A stretch of DNA of 64,000 bases from Geosiphon pyriformis uo1. Its lineage: Eukaryota; Fungi; Glomeromycota. The DNA lies in the NCBI GenBank assembly GCA_016748015.1, contig JAAOMT010000762.1:62001-126000 (forward strand), given 5' to 3'. This document shows positions 36,807 through 49,000 of this stretch, piece by piece. Under the pieces are notes generated by a model. It saw only the letters and a program-made list of their open reading frames with translations. It made no database searches and had not been told where the DNA came from. Positions within the stretch are counted from its first letter, which is position 1, and every line of letters begins with the position of its first letter. The position numbers and the translations under genes were made by a program.

Positions 36807-39500
36807 TTACTTGGTAGTAAGTCTGGAGAAAGCATCAGCATTTTGATGATTAGCTCCTTTATGGTATTGAATATCATAGTCGAATTCATCCAAGTGGAGT
36901 ATTCAGCAGGCTATCTATTTATGTTCTAGCCTTTTCTTGTTGTGCAGCCAAACCAAAGCTTGGTAATCTGTTATCACCAAAAACTTTACACCAAGAAGAT
37001 ACTTATCCCAGTAGCTGGTAACCCAAATTACTGCTAAGCATTCCTGCTCAGTAATTGAATAGTTTTTTTCTGCTGGTGTAAGGGTTCTACTGGCATAGAC
37101 TATTGCATGTTTCCTGCCATCTTCATCTTTTTGTGAGAGAACAGCACCAAGTCCATAGCCAGATGCATCAGTGTAAAGGATAAAAAATTGATCCAGATCA
37201 GATTGCTTGAGAATAGGTTCTGTAACCAATTTTTCTTTGAGGGTTTTAAATGCTTTCTGCTGATGTGTGTCCCAATAGTAGTTGACATTTTTTCTGAGTA
37301 GCTGATTGAGTGGAGAGGCAATTTTGAAGAAATTTTTAACAAATTTGCAATAATAAGAGACCAAACCAAGGAAAAAACGTAACTCATAAACATTTATTGG
37401 TTGTCTTATGTTCTAAACTTTTTCCACTTTGGCTGGATCAGGGAAGATTCCATCTTTTGTAATAAGATGGCCAAGGAATTGGGTGGATTGTCTTCCAAAG
37501 AAAGATTTGATTGGGTTGATCTTGAGACCTGCATTTCTGAAAAAATCAAAAATCTTTTGCAAATGTTCAAGATATTCATCCCAGGTTTTTGAGTACACCA
37601 TTATATCGTTCAAATAGACCAGAACAAAATTTTCTGTTACTGATTCAAATACTTTATCCATTAAGTGTTGAAAGGTGGAAGGAGCATTGGTGAGACCAAA
37701 AGACATGACTGTAAATTCATAGATGCCATACTTGGTTATGAAGGCAGTTTTTTTCTGACTTTCTGGATCTATCTCTATTTGCCAAAATTCAGTAGTTAGA
37801 TCAATGGTTGAAAAAAAAGCAGCACCCTTGAATTGATCTAGCATTGCATTAATTTTGGGAAGTAGGTACATGTCTTTTTTAATAATGGCATTTAATTAGC
37901 AATAATTGACACAGAAGCACAGGGTTCCACTTTTCTTGAATACCACTACAACTAGAAAAGCCCATTTACTCTTGGTTTCTTGTATGAATCCAAGATCTTT
38001 CATTCATTTTATTTCTTTTTTGATGAACTCATCATTGTGGTGATTGGATTGATATGGCTTTAGATAGATGGGGCGAGTTTCTCTGGTTGTAATAGTGTGT
38101 TGTATTACATAAGTTTGTCTAGGGATATCATCTTCTTTTGAGATAACTGGGCTGTTTCTAGCCAACAGATTTTCAATGTCTATTTTTCTTTCTTCTGAAG
38201 AGAGTTTTCTTTGTTCTACAACTAATGGTTGGATCTTAAGTGGTTCATTTTCAAAGAACTTTTGGACTTTTTTCAATTTTTTTTTAGGTATCAAACTGAT
38301 TGGTTTCCAATCTTTGTAATAGATCAGGCATAATTTGCATTCATCACTTGGAGAATACAAGAGTTGGTTGCACCAGCACTGAGCACAAAGACCATGCCAC
38401 CAATAATAATACTTGGCTTTCTTGCCAGGTTTTTGGTCAAAGATTCTTCTAAGGATATCATAGTAGGGCCAGCAGATCAGCTTGCCGTTTACAATAATTC
38501 CCTCTCTATCAGCTTTAATATTGTCTAGTGGCTTGTCATTGCTGGTGAAGGTGGTGTAGGCAAGTTCAGCAGTTTCTTCTTGTTCTTCTTGTTCATCTTC
38601 TTTATCACTCTCTTTATTATCTGATTCCTTGGATTGCTCATTTTTTTGATTTTGTTTGGTTGCTGGAGAAGTTGTTCAATGACAACATTTAACTACAATA
38701 AGTTTTTCATCACATCTTATGGTTAGTTCACAAAGTTTATAGTTGAATAAGGCTTTTGCTTTCTTAAGCCATTCATTGCCAACAATAATGGTGTATTCTT
38801 TAGCTTTAGAAACTTCCATGTCAGTTTCAATACTGATGCCATTAATATGGACAGGAATAGCTTTGGCAATACCCAGACCTTTCTTCTTGTCACCATGTAC
38901 ATTGGTCATTGATTGGGTGGAAGGCTCATCAATTTTTCTGCCAATTGCTTCAAGGAAGTGTTTGGCAATTACACTAACAAATGATTCACTGTTTAGGATC
39001 AAGTCAATGAAGTAACCAGCCACTTGTGCTTTGCAAATTAGAGGAGTGACATTGCTGTTGTTAGCAAGTTCAGCTTGGTGAGGGCATTTATTGGTCTTTG
39101 GTGTTTTCTTCTTGGGGATTAGAGATTTGCAGAGATCTTTTCTGAACTGTGGATGGATTATTAACTGGCCAAAGGTAATGTGTACTGGGGTTTCCATGAG
39201 ATTTTTGACAACAGAATAGGGTCCAGATTTTTGTACAATTTCTGGGAGTTCTAATTTTGAAGGGTTCTTAAAAACTTTGGTTTTTGGTGGCTCATTGTTA
39301 TTAGCAGTGAAAGTTAAGGCTTTGTTGGGATCTAGAACGAAATCAACCTTGGCTTTCTTCTTTTTTCTGGTTGATTCAGAAGTGTTGATTGTTAATTCAT
39401 CCATGTCATAGTCATCATCAGTTAAGTTAAAAGTAAAAAAGAGATTTTCTTCTGGTTGGCTTGTACTCTCACCATTTTGAAGTGTGCCTACCAGTTTAAA
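36807..39500 (-). pseudogene. pol: A3 pol (PR-RT-RNase H)
   Basis: ORFs 38676-39404, 38004-38360, 37413-37871 and 36915-37364; YTDASGYGLGAVL; TAA at 36807-36809. Confidence 0.93.
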
Positions 39501-41020
39501 GACTGATAGACTGTGGCTTCAACTAGAGAATCCTCTCCAAAGAAATTAATGTTGGCATGGTTGGGTCTTTGATTGGAAGCATTATTGTTGATGGGTCTAT
39601 TGTTTTGATTATCATTATTTCTGGAGACTGGAGGAGGTAAAGGAGAATTGTTGCAATCTCTTGAGAAATGTCCAGTTAATCCATATCTATAACATACAGG
39701 AGAACCACAATTTTGCTGTCTTTGATAAGGAGGTTGCTGGAGCTAATTAAAACGTGGTTCATATCTGGATCTTTGTGGTTGTTGGTTATCTCTAACTGCT
39801 TGTGCCAAAGGTTTTAATAACTGAGCAAGATTGGCTGTGAGTCTATCAATTAATTGTTCATTTGGATCTTGAGTTTGGACAGCAAAAGAAACAGCAGCCA
39901 TTTGAGGGGTAGAAGCCATGACAGGAGCAAGAGCAAAAACTGGAAGTGTAGATCCCAAATGTATTCTTTGGTTGTCTTCAATTTGTTGGGCAAGTTCAAT
40001 GGCCATGTTCATTGTAGGATTGTTTTTTAGGGCCAAGAGAGGCCAAAGAGCATAAGATAAATTGGTTCTCAATTCTTTTGTGAAGGAATAAATTTTTTGC
40101 TCTTCTGTCCAATTTCTTCCAGAGTCTACACACTTGATTAACTTTCTGATTGCTTTAGCATATTCAGTTACAATTTTACCAGGGCCTTGAGTTCTTCTTT
40201 TTAATTTCATGCACCACTTGGATATCAAGATTGGGGTTCTGAACTTGTTTTCAAACCAGGTTGTAAAAGAAGTGTTGTTTTCTCTAGCATTTACTGGCAT
40301 CCACCTAATGATTCTTTGATGGGCATTAGCATCAGTTTTCTGTGAGAACCAGATAGCAGGAGAGCCTTGAAACTTGTACTCATCATTGTATTAGTTGGCT
40401 GTAGCAGCTTTTTCAAAGTCATCTAACCATTCAATTGGATCTTGTGCATTGCCTCTGAATAATGGTAGTGGGGTGTTGTTTCTTCATCCCAAAGCAGTTT
40501 GTATGCCTTGGAGGGTGGCCAGGATGTTTATTTGTATTGGATCTTAGGCCATTGGTTCAGGAGTTACTGTTTGTGTGGAGTGCTCTGATTCACTTAAGAA
40601 GAGATCAAAAATAGAGGCTGTTTGGTAGCTTTCTTCTTCTGTTTCAAGGGGAGTTACTGTTGATTAATGGGCAGCAATTCAAATGTGGATTTAATGATTC
40701 AGATATTCGAAATCAGGAGGCTGTTGTTCAAAGGTTGTAGAATATAAGAGCTGATTGATACTGTTGTTTTTTTCTTCAAAGTTGTCTTCAAAATAAGCTT
40801 GATCAAAGTAATAGGTTGTATAAGTTGTGTAGATTTCAGCTGAATGTTTATTCAGGAACCAGTTCCAAAAGTCTTGGAATTGTCTGCTGGATTGTTCTTC
40901 AATGGAAAAGCAGATCAAACAGAAGAGCAGAAGATTAAGTTCAATGAAATCTAGGTCGTTTCTGTTGTATGCTGCAAAGTGTTCTTCTGATTGCTGTGGC
41001 AGATATAAGTAATCACTTAT
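39488..41020 (-). pseudogene. gag: A3 gag
   Basis: ORFs 39743-40300 and 40691-40918; knuckle remnant CYRYGLTGHFSRDC. Confidence 0.9.
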
Positions 41021-41072
41021 ACAATGAGGGAATAAGTGAATTTTGACAACCTCATAGAGAACACTACTTTTA

Positions 41073-41736
41073 TGTTATGGGTTAGAATAACAAGCTAACG
41101 GATAGCAAGGAAAAACAGGATTGTAGGGTAATAGAAATAATCAAAGGAAATTCAACTTTAAAGAGCAAATTGAATGAGTATGGATTCAATGTGCAAGATC
41201 AGTCTTATAAAATATCTCAATCATTATTCTTTTCAAAGGTAACTGGGGAATTTGAAGGTAGAGAGATAGTTTGTACTGTCAACAATTGATTATTACTGGT
41301 ATAATTCTATGCCTCACTTCAGTACTTTTAGAATTTAATATCAGGTATTAACTTGTGCTTTTCAGTTATGTTTATTCAAATAATCTTCAAATGCTACAAT
41401 TATATACATCAGGAAAAGGTCAACAAGTAATCTTTTATCTTTAAGATGTTCAAATACTTGAAGGTAGGGAAAGAGAAATTAGCAATAAAAGAAGGATTGA
41501 GATGAAAGTTGTTATTTTATTTATTCTTGATTATTCAGATGTTTGTTATTACATACTTTTCTACAGCTAAGAGATTCATTATTTATATAGCTATCAAAAA
41601 TGATCAATGATCAGGTCAATGATCAGGTTATTGATCAGGTCAATGATCACTATTTAAAAATAGGGTGGCTAATTATATAACATTAGTGGCTAATACATGT
41701 GATAATTAATAAAAACTATAAGTTTCAATCATAACA
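41073..41736 (-). repeat. A3 5' LTR
   Basis: TGTTATGGG...ATAACA; adjacent to the PBS. Confidence 0.93.
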
Positions 41737-41815
41737 ATATTTTTGTATGTTCATCTTTTGTTATATTTTTATGAGTATTGTTTTGGTTTTGTTATATTTT
41801 TGGGTTAAAATGTTC

Positions 41816-44800
41816 TTAAATTTGTCTTATTCATGACAAACTGTCGGCATTTCCATTGTTTTTTCCCTTTTTATAATGTATGATATAAGTATATGGTGAA
41901 AGTGCCATTTTCTATCTTGACTGTCTTCTGTCTCCAAATTTTTGTTTTTGGAGTGATGTTAATCTTTTGTGATCTGTAAACACCTCAAACTTTTGGCTCA
42001 AGTATTTTTTCCATTTCATAACTGCCCAATAAATTGCTAAATGTTCTAATTCTGGTATTTCATAGTTCTTTTTTGCTGAAGTTAAACCTTGGCTGGCATA
42101 TGCAACTGGATGTTCTCTTCCATCCAATTTTTTCTGAGATAGTACTGCTCCTAATGCTTAACCTGATGCATCAGTGGTGATAATAAATGGTTTATTATGA
42201 TCTAGATAGATCAATACTGGAGCTTGAATAAGCTTTCTTCTTAAGATGTCAAATACTTCTTGCTGGGTTTCAGTCTATTCATACTTTGCATTTTTGGTTT
42301 GAAGATCATTGAGTGGTTGTGCTATCTTTGAAAAGTTCTTTATGAAGCATCTATAATAGCTCACAAATCCCAAGAATGATTTCAGCTCGGTTACGTTGGT
42401 TGGTATTGGAAAGTTTTTTACTATCTCTATTTTCTCTGAATCTGTTTTTATGCCATCTTTGCTAACTATGTGTCCCAAGAATTTTAGTTCTGTTTTGCCG
42501 AAAAAACACTTTATTGCATTCAATTTTAATCCTGCTTGTTGTAATCTTTTGAACACTTGTTGAAAATGATGTAGATGATTATCAAATGTTTTTGAGAACA
42601 CATTGGTGTCATCTAAGTATACAACTACTGATTTTCACAATAAGTTGGTATACACAATTTTCATTAGCTGTTGGAATGTAGCTGGAGCATTGGTTAAGCC
42701 AAATGGCATAACTTCAAACTCAAAGTTTCCCTCTCTTGTGGTGAATGCCATTTTTTCTTTGTTGGCTGGATCCATGACTACTTGCTAATAACTACTATCT
42801 AAGTCTAACATTGAGAATCATTTGTTTCCACTGAAAGTGTTGAATAGTTTTTGTATCCGGAGAGTTGGATAGCTGTTTTCATGAGTTATATCATTGAGTT
42901 TCTTGTAGTTTACACAAAATCAGATTTTTCTATTCTTCTTATGGACGAGTACTACTGGTAACAATTATAGGCTCATTGATGACTGAATTAACCTGTTGTC
43001 AAGCATTTGGTTGATCTCTTGACAGATGATTTTATGGCTGACTGGTGGTACCCTGTATGTTCACTGTTTAATTGGTATTGCATCTCCAGTCTTGATCTGA
43101 TGCTGGATAATATCAGTTCTGCCAAATTTGTTTTTACTGGCAAAAATGTCATTGAAATTATTGAGTAACATCTTTAGTTGCATCTGTTGAAGTATGTCTA
43201 GATTTCCCATGTTCATCTGTTCCAATTGTTTTGGTTGTAACAAATAATATTTGTTTTGTTCGTAGATGATTTGTGATGTAATGTCCACATATCCACAAAG
43301 CTGTGGAAAATTTGGAATGCTGCTTGGTGCTTGATCTTCAATTTCCATGGTTAAATATCCAAAAGTGGTTCCTTCCGGTATCTCTACAACATTTCCAGTG
43401 TTGTTGTAGATGGAAATTTTGATATGGTTATGGCTCTTGGCTGGTATGTGTAGATTAATAAGTCCAATTTCTCCTGATTTACAAAGAGTTGCTTTTGCTT
43501 CAAAAATCTGTTCTTGCTCCTTCTTTCTTTTTTCTATTGTTAACATGTATCGGCTATATGGTAGAATAAAAATTGTTTGACTGGTTGAGATAATTTCTCT
43601 TTGGCCAATAATTTCTTTCTTCATCATATTGACTGGTACATCTATTCTACCCATTGATTCAAATCCTTGTATCCTTTTTGCTGTTATCCCTAATTTTTTC
43701 CTATTTTCTACTGAAACTAACTGAGCTATTTTTACCAGAGACAGAAATATTGCCTGTGTTATTTTTTCATTTGGCTCTATAACATAGGCCTTTTCTAAGT
43801 CATTTTGTAGCATAGCAATGATATTTCCTATATATCCTGTATCAATTATTCTTCCTCTGATGTTTATTTCTTTTTTTGCTAAACTATTTCTAGATGCTAA
43901 TTGAACCATTGTTGTTGCTAGAATTTTCAGTGCTATTTTCAGATTGATGCAAGTGTGCAAATAGGGTTCCAATTTGATGGCGTTCTTTCCTGGATATCTT
44001 AGATCAAATCCTGCATCAGTATCATATGCATGTTCTGGTATGATATCTTTATTATTATTACTGAACCATTTCAGTTTTTGCTCCTTGGTAAGGTCAGGAA
44101 GTGCGATATATTGTTCATAGTTTGAATCTGAGTTTGAATCTGAGTTGGAATCTGAGTTGGAATTATTGTTATTGTTATAGCCATTTTGAATGGAGCTGAA
44201 ACTATTATTTTTGTTATTGTCATTATTGGAGTTTGAATTGGGATTGGAACTCAATTCCAATTCTAATGTACAGCTGTTGATTGGTTCTTCTTCTTCAGGG
44301 ATTGTATAGATCATGCATGGTGGTAGATTGTAGATAAGGTCACAATCATTACAGAATTGAAAATCACATGGAATCAAACAGTGGTCACATAATTGGGTGT
44401 TGATTTCTTCCAAGCATTGCTCTTGCTTTTCTCTCGTGGGTGCTAGATTCTGATAGTGTTCATGAAATTCTTCTGGGCTGTTTTCTAAGTCGATAAAGAC
44501 ATCCAGATTGAGAACCAAAACAATGTCTGTTAGTTTTGGAGGGTTATTCTTGATCTCCAGAATTTCACTGGGCAAAGCACCTTCTACTTTGGCATTGGCC
44601 ATTTGCCAGATCTCATCCTTGTTGTGTGAATAGCTGTCTAGGCAGAATATAGCTTGGTGCCATGCTGCTGTGATGAGCATACTACGACTCACCCAGTCAC
44701 TAATGAGGATCATGTATTGGCATGAAGTGTCACATGTTCCTCTTTGACTAGAAATGTTGTTCTACATTCCTTCGTCGAGTAATTATTTACCACAAGTGAG

Positions 44801-44974
44801 ACATGGTTCATTGTCCCACTTGCCTTGTCATTTTAAATAGCCATATTGTTCTCTATGGCATGGCTTGCAGTAATAATGGGTTCACATTCAGTGGTCTTTA
44901 TCTGGCACAATTCAGGCTTCCATGAAAGAAAGTTTCTTTCCACAGTCTTTGCATTTTAGTGAGATGTATAGTGG
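41816..44974 (-). pseudogene. pol: C1 pol middle part (Cys-rich, dUTPase, RT, RNase H)
   Basis: ORF 43061-44713, YLDDTNV, SFLGFVSYY, HPVAYAS, FTDH; TAA at 41816-41818. Confidence 0.92.
43645..44075 (-). pseudogene. dut: dUTPase domain in C1 pol
   Basis: DAGFDLR, LASRNSLA, IIDTGYIG, KITQAI, RIQGFESMG. Confidence 0.9.
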
Positions 44975-45971
44975 TGTTATCAGTAGAATTTTAGCTATTA
45001 ATTAGCATGAAGTTACTCTTATAATTCCTATAATTAATTAGTATATTAATATCATTTCAAATTATCATTTATTATTTAATCAATTATCACATATCACAAT
45101 TCAATTAAAATAATCTAATTAGTATAACAGAAGTAGAATAATCAAATTACACAATACCCTGAACTTTGTAACATTCAAAAATTCACCAAAATTTACAGAA
45201 ATTCGCCGAAATTTATAAGAAATTCGCCGAAATTATGAATAGTTCACCCAAATTAATCAATAGTTCAGCAAAATAACTTGTAGTTCATTAAAATGTATTT
45301 TTAGTTCACCAAAATTTGAGCAAAAAGGAAAAGTGCAAGTTCATAGACTAGTACTACAACAAGTTGTATAAAAAAAAGAGCTTTTCTCTTCTGGAAAATG
45401 TATCTTACTTTAGATTTATTACTTAGAATCATTCCTACACACACAAAAAGAAATAAAATATTAAATAATTCGAAAAACCAATTTTTTTAAAATATTGCAC
45501 TTGGAAAATCTCCAAAAAACCCAACTAACGTTTTGAAATTGATTAGCTACCAATTTCAGTAAACTGTTAGTGACTCCAGGCCTGAATAGAAAACGTTTCT
45601 CTTGATAAAATCCTATTTCTTTTACATTTCTTTTATTTATTTTTTCTTTTCTTATTACAATCATTAGGGTAGCCTACAGACAAGATTCCTGTAGAAGAGT
45701 TGACTTTCACAGCAAAGTAACTACACATTTCTAGTGAGCTTCCAGACAAGCAATTTCTGGAGAAGAGTTGATGTTTACTACAATGTAACTACACAAAGCA
45801 ACTGGCATGGAATTGGCCATTCCACTTATAAGCCCAACAGTTCAAATTATAGGAGATAATTTGAAGATAAATTCAGTTATTGGAGGTTCAACTACTTCTA
45901 GAAAAACGTAAATTTGCAACCAACAGACAGTTACAACATTCAAAAAAAGAGACCAAAAACCTCTGGTAACA
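44975..45971 (+). repeat. B2 5' LTR
   Basis: Direct repeat of 53902-54875. Confidence 0.95.
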
Positions 45972-46016
45972 TTTGGTGCTTTCCCATGGAAATAACACAG
46001 CAACAACAAATTCAAA

Positions 46017-49000
46017 GTGGCGACCACACCAGAGACAGCAACTCTAGAGTATTACCAGTCAATTTACACCCACTGCAAGCAAAGATTAAACATTCCAAAC
46101 AGAATCACAGTTGTCAAGAAATCAGTATACCAATACATTGAAAACTGTATCAACAATTATCTTTTTGGAAACTACAACATTTCAGAAGTTAGAAGCAACC
46201 TCTACAATAATTTAGTGCACTATTCACAATTGGGAACAGAAGACCTGAACAGTAAAACACTTATTACTTACTTCCAAGAACTTAATTTTAACATTATTGA
46301 GTATTGTGAAAAAAAATACCTAGTACAGTCTAAATACTTTTTTGACTTTGAATCAGAGACAGAAACAAGCAACAAAGGCAAACAAAGATTGAAGCAATAC
46401 TCAAGAACCACTCCAAACACTCCAACACTACAAAAGACACCTGCCAAACACTTGCAAACACCTGAACAAGGAACTAGTGTCAAATTACCACTTTCTATTA
46501 CACCATTTCCAATTTCACTTGTTCAACCACAAACACCAAATTCGCTACTCAACCACTTCTCCAGACCAGAAGATTTTCAGTCACCTAGAAACCCTACTTA
46601 ACAGCAGGAACCAATATCAACAAGTGCCAATATCATTGATTACTTACAGAAAAACGAAAGTAATCATTCAGAAAGCTTGGAAAGCAAAGAAACCAAATCA
46701 GAACCAGAAAAAATTACAGAAAACGAAGAAAAAATGGCAACTGCTTACATTGCAAAAATCCCAGAATTCACTGGTGAAGACAATAATACCAGTCCTCAAG
46801 AATGGCTTGACAAAGTTCAAAAAGCAGAAGATGCAAATGGTTGGATCACAGCAAAAATGCTCAAAGCAATTCCTTACTTTCTTCAAGAGACAGCAGAAGA
46901 ATGGTTTGAAAATTTAGAAGAATTATTTGAAAACTGGCAAGCATTCAAAGATGCTTTTCTACAACAATTTACCAAAAACAATACCTCTATTACTCTCAGA
47001 AACCACTTTCACAATATCAAACAAGAAACATCTAAAACTGTTATAACCTATCTTAGAAAATTTAACAAACTTCTCAGATAAATCTGACAATTAGAAACTA
47101 ATGACTACTATTCTGATGCTCAAATTCTGAATCAGTTTATAGCAGGGTTAAAAGACAAACTAATTAAGAAAGTCTGTTCACATGCTCCAGTAGACTTAGC
47201 AACTGCTATTAGACATGCAAAGAGCTATGAAATGGCAATGAAAGAAACAAATCACACCAAGCTTGTAAATCTTGCAATTGGAGAAACCAGCTTAGCAGCT
47301 GAAGAGAAGATAGACCAACTCACAAAAAAAGTTGAAAGCTACTTCACAAACCAACAATAACAGCAACAACAACCACAAAGATATCAACCCCCACAACGAT
47401 GCAACCAAAACAATTTTGGATTACCATCCAACAGCCAATCTCAAAATTGTCATTATTGTGGAATTCTAGAACACTGGAAACAAGATTGTAGGAAATTACA
47501 AAGAGACCAACAAAACAGAAGTAATTAACGTTACTCTTCACCACAACAATCCTATTACTAATCTCTACTACCAACCTATTATTCACCAAGACCACAAAAT
47601 CAAAACAGTTACTATCCACCAGCTCCACAACAAATTCAGCAATAATATCAGCAACCTTTACCAATTCAGCCATATTAGACACCACCCACTCAACAATATC
47701 AAGTACCAGCAAAAAGATTGGTTCAACAGAACCAATTCACACCCCAAAATCAATTGCAAAGTAACCACAACAGAATCAATTCAAATAACCAGTTGGTTCC
47801 CCGAAATTCTGATCAGCAAAGACCCAATTACTATCACACTCAACCCAGTTATCTTACAATACCAGAGGAATCGGATTTTCAACAAACTGCACTTTTTGAA
47901 GGTAAAGTTGCAGCACCAAGATCAAACCCTTCCAACCATACCATTTTACCAGCTTAAATTGCCCAAAATGCCAATCTGTCAGATATATTTCCATTCGAAT
48001 TTGAAGCAAATGAATCACCATTTCTGCTTAGTAATGCAGCAGTCAATAAACAGAAAGCAATTACTGCTATGTACACAGAAATTACAGTAGAAGGAAAACC
48101 CATTCACTTAATCTTAGATAGTAGATCGGCTGGAAGTATCATCACTTACCAGCTGATACAACAACTCAAATGAAACGTAGACAGACCAGCTCAAACAGTT
48201 ATTGTCACAGCTGATGATATAAAGAAGACTCCAGTAAGAGAAATTGATGATTTCCTCTTTACAATTGATGAAATCACCATTCCAGTTAAAGTTTTTATTA
48301 TGGATGCATCCCAATATCAAGCTTTAGTCAGAAATGATTGGCTTCTCAAGGCCAATGCAAACTTGAACTGGAAAACTCAAGAACTTAAAATCTCATACCA
48401 AGAACAATATACTATAGTACCTGCAACCTGTGGTACCTTTAACAAATGATCAGAAAAAGCTCCAGTATTTGAATTTGAAGAAGAAAAGGAAATGCCACTC
48501 ACTGAAACCTACATGGCTCTTGGATCACCATCCAATTGGGCTGAGGAAACAGAACAAGAGATTTTCAAAGAATCAAGAGAATGGAAGAAAGTTAGATATT
48601 CCACACCAGAACCATGAAAAGAACCACCATACATTTCACTAAAATGCAAAGATTGCAAAAAGAAGCTTTCATCAATGAGAGCATGTATTTTTCCAGAAGA
48701 AAAATATGAAACTTGTACCTGTTACTTTTGCAAAGCATGCTATAGAGAACAATTTGGATCTCTAAAAAGAAGTGAAAAATAGAACAATACACCTTGTCTT
48801 ATATATGAAGATATGTTACCAGAAGAATGCAACTGGATTGATATTGCAATGAGAGGAGAAGTATGTGATCAAACATGTCAATATGCTCTATCAATTTCGG
48901 AAAAAGTCAGAAAAGGAACACTATTTGATGCAGCATACAACAGTGCTCTCAATAAACTTTACTACTATCCTCATGATACTGAAATAATTTTTGACTTAGC

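Larger units (their letters stand above)
34096..41736 (-). mobile_element. Full-length family A copy A3
   Basis: LTRs 34096-34761 and 41073-41736; perfect TSD ATAT (34092-34095, 41737-41740); PBS 41050-41066. Confidence 0.95.

Noticed and set aside
44119-44250. 12-bp repeat encoding SNSDSNSDSN and an Asn run in C1 pol
   Set aside because: Ordinary low-complexity linker expansion.
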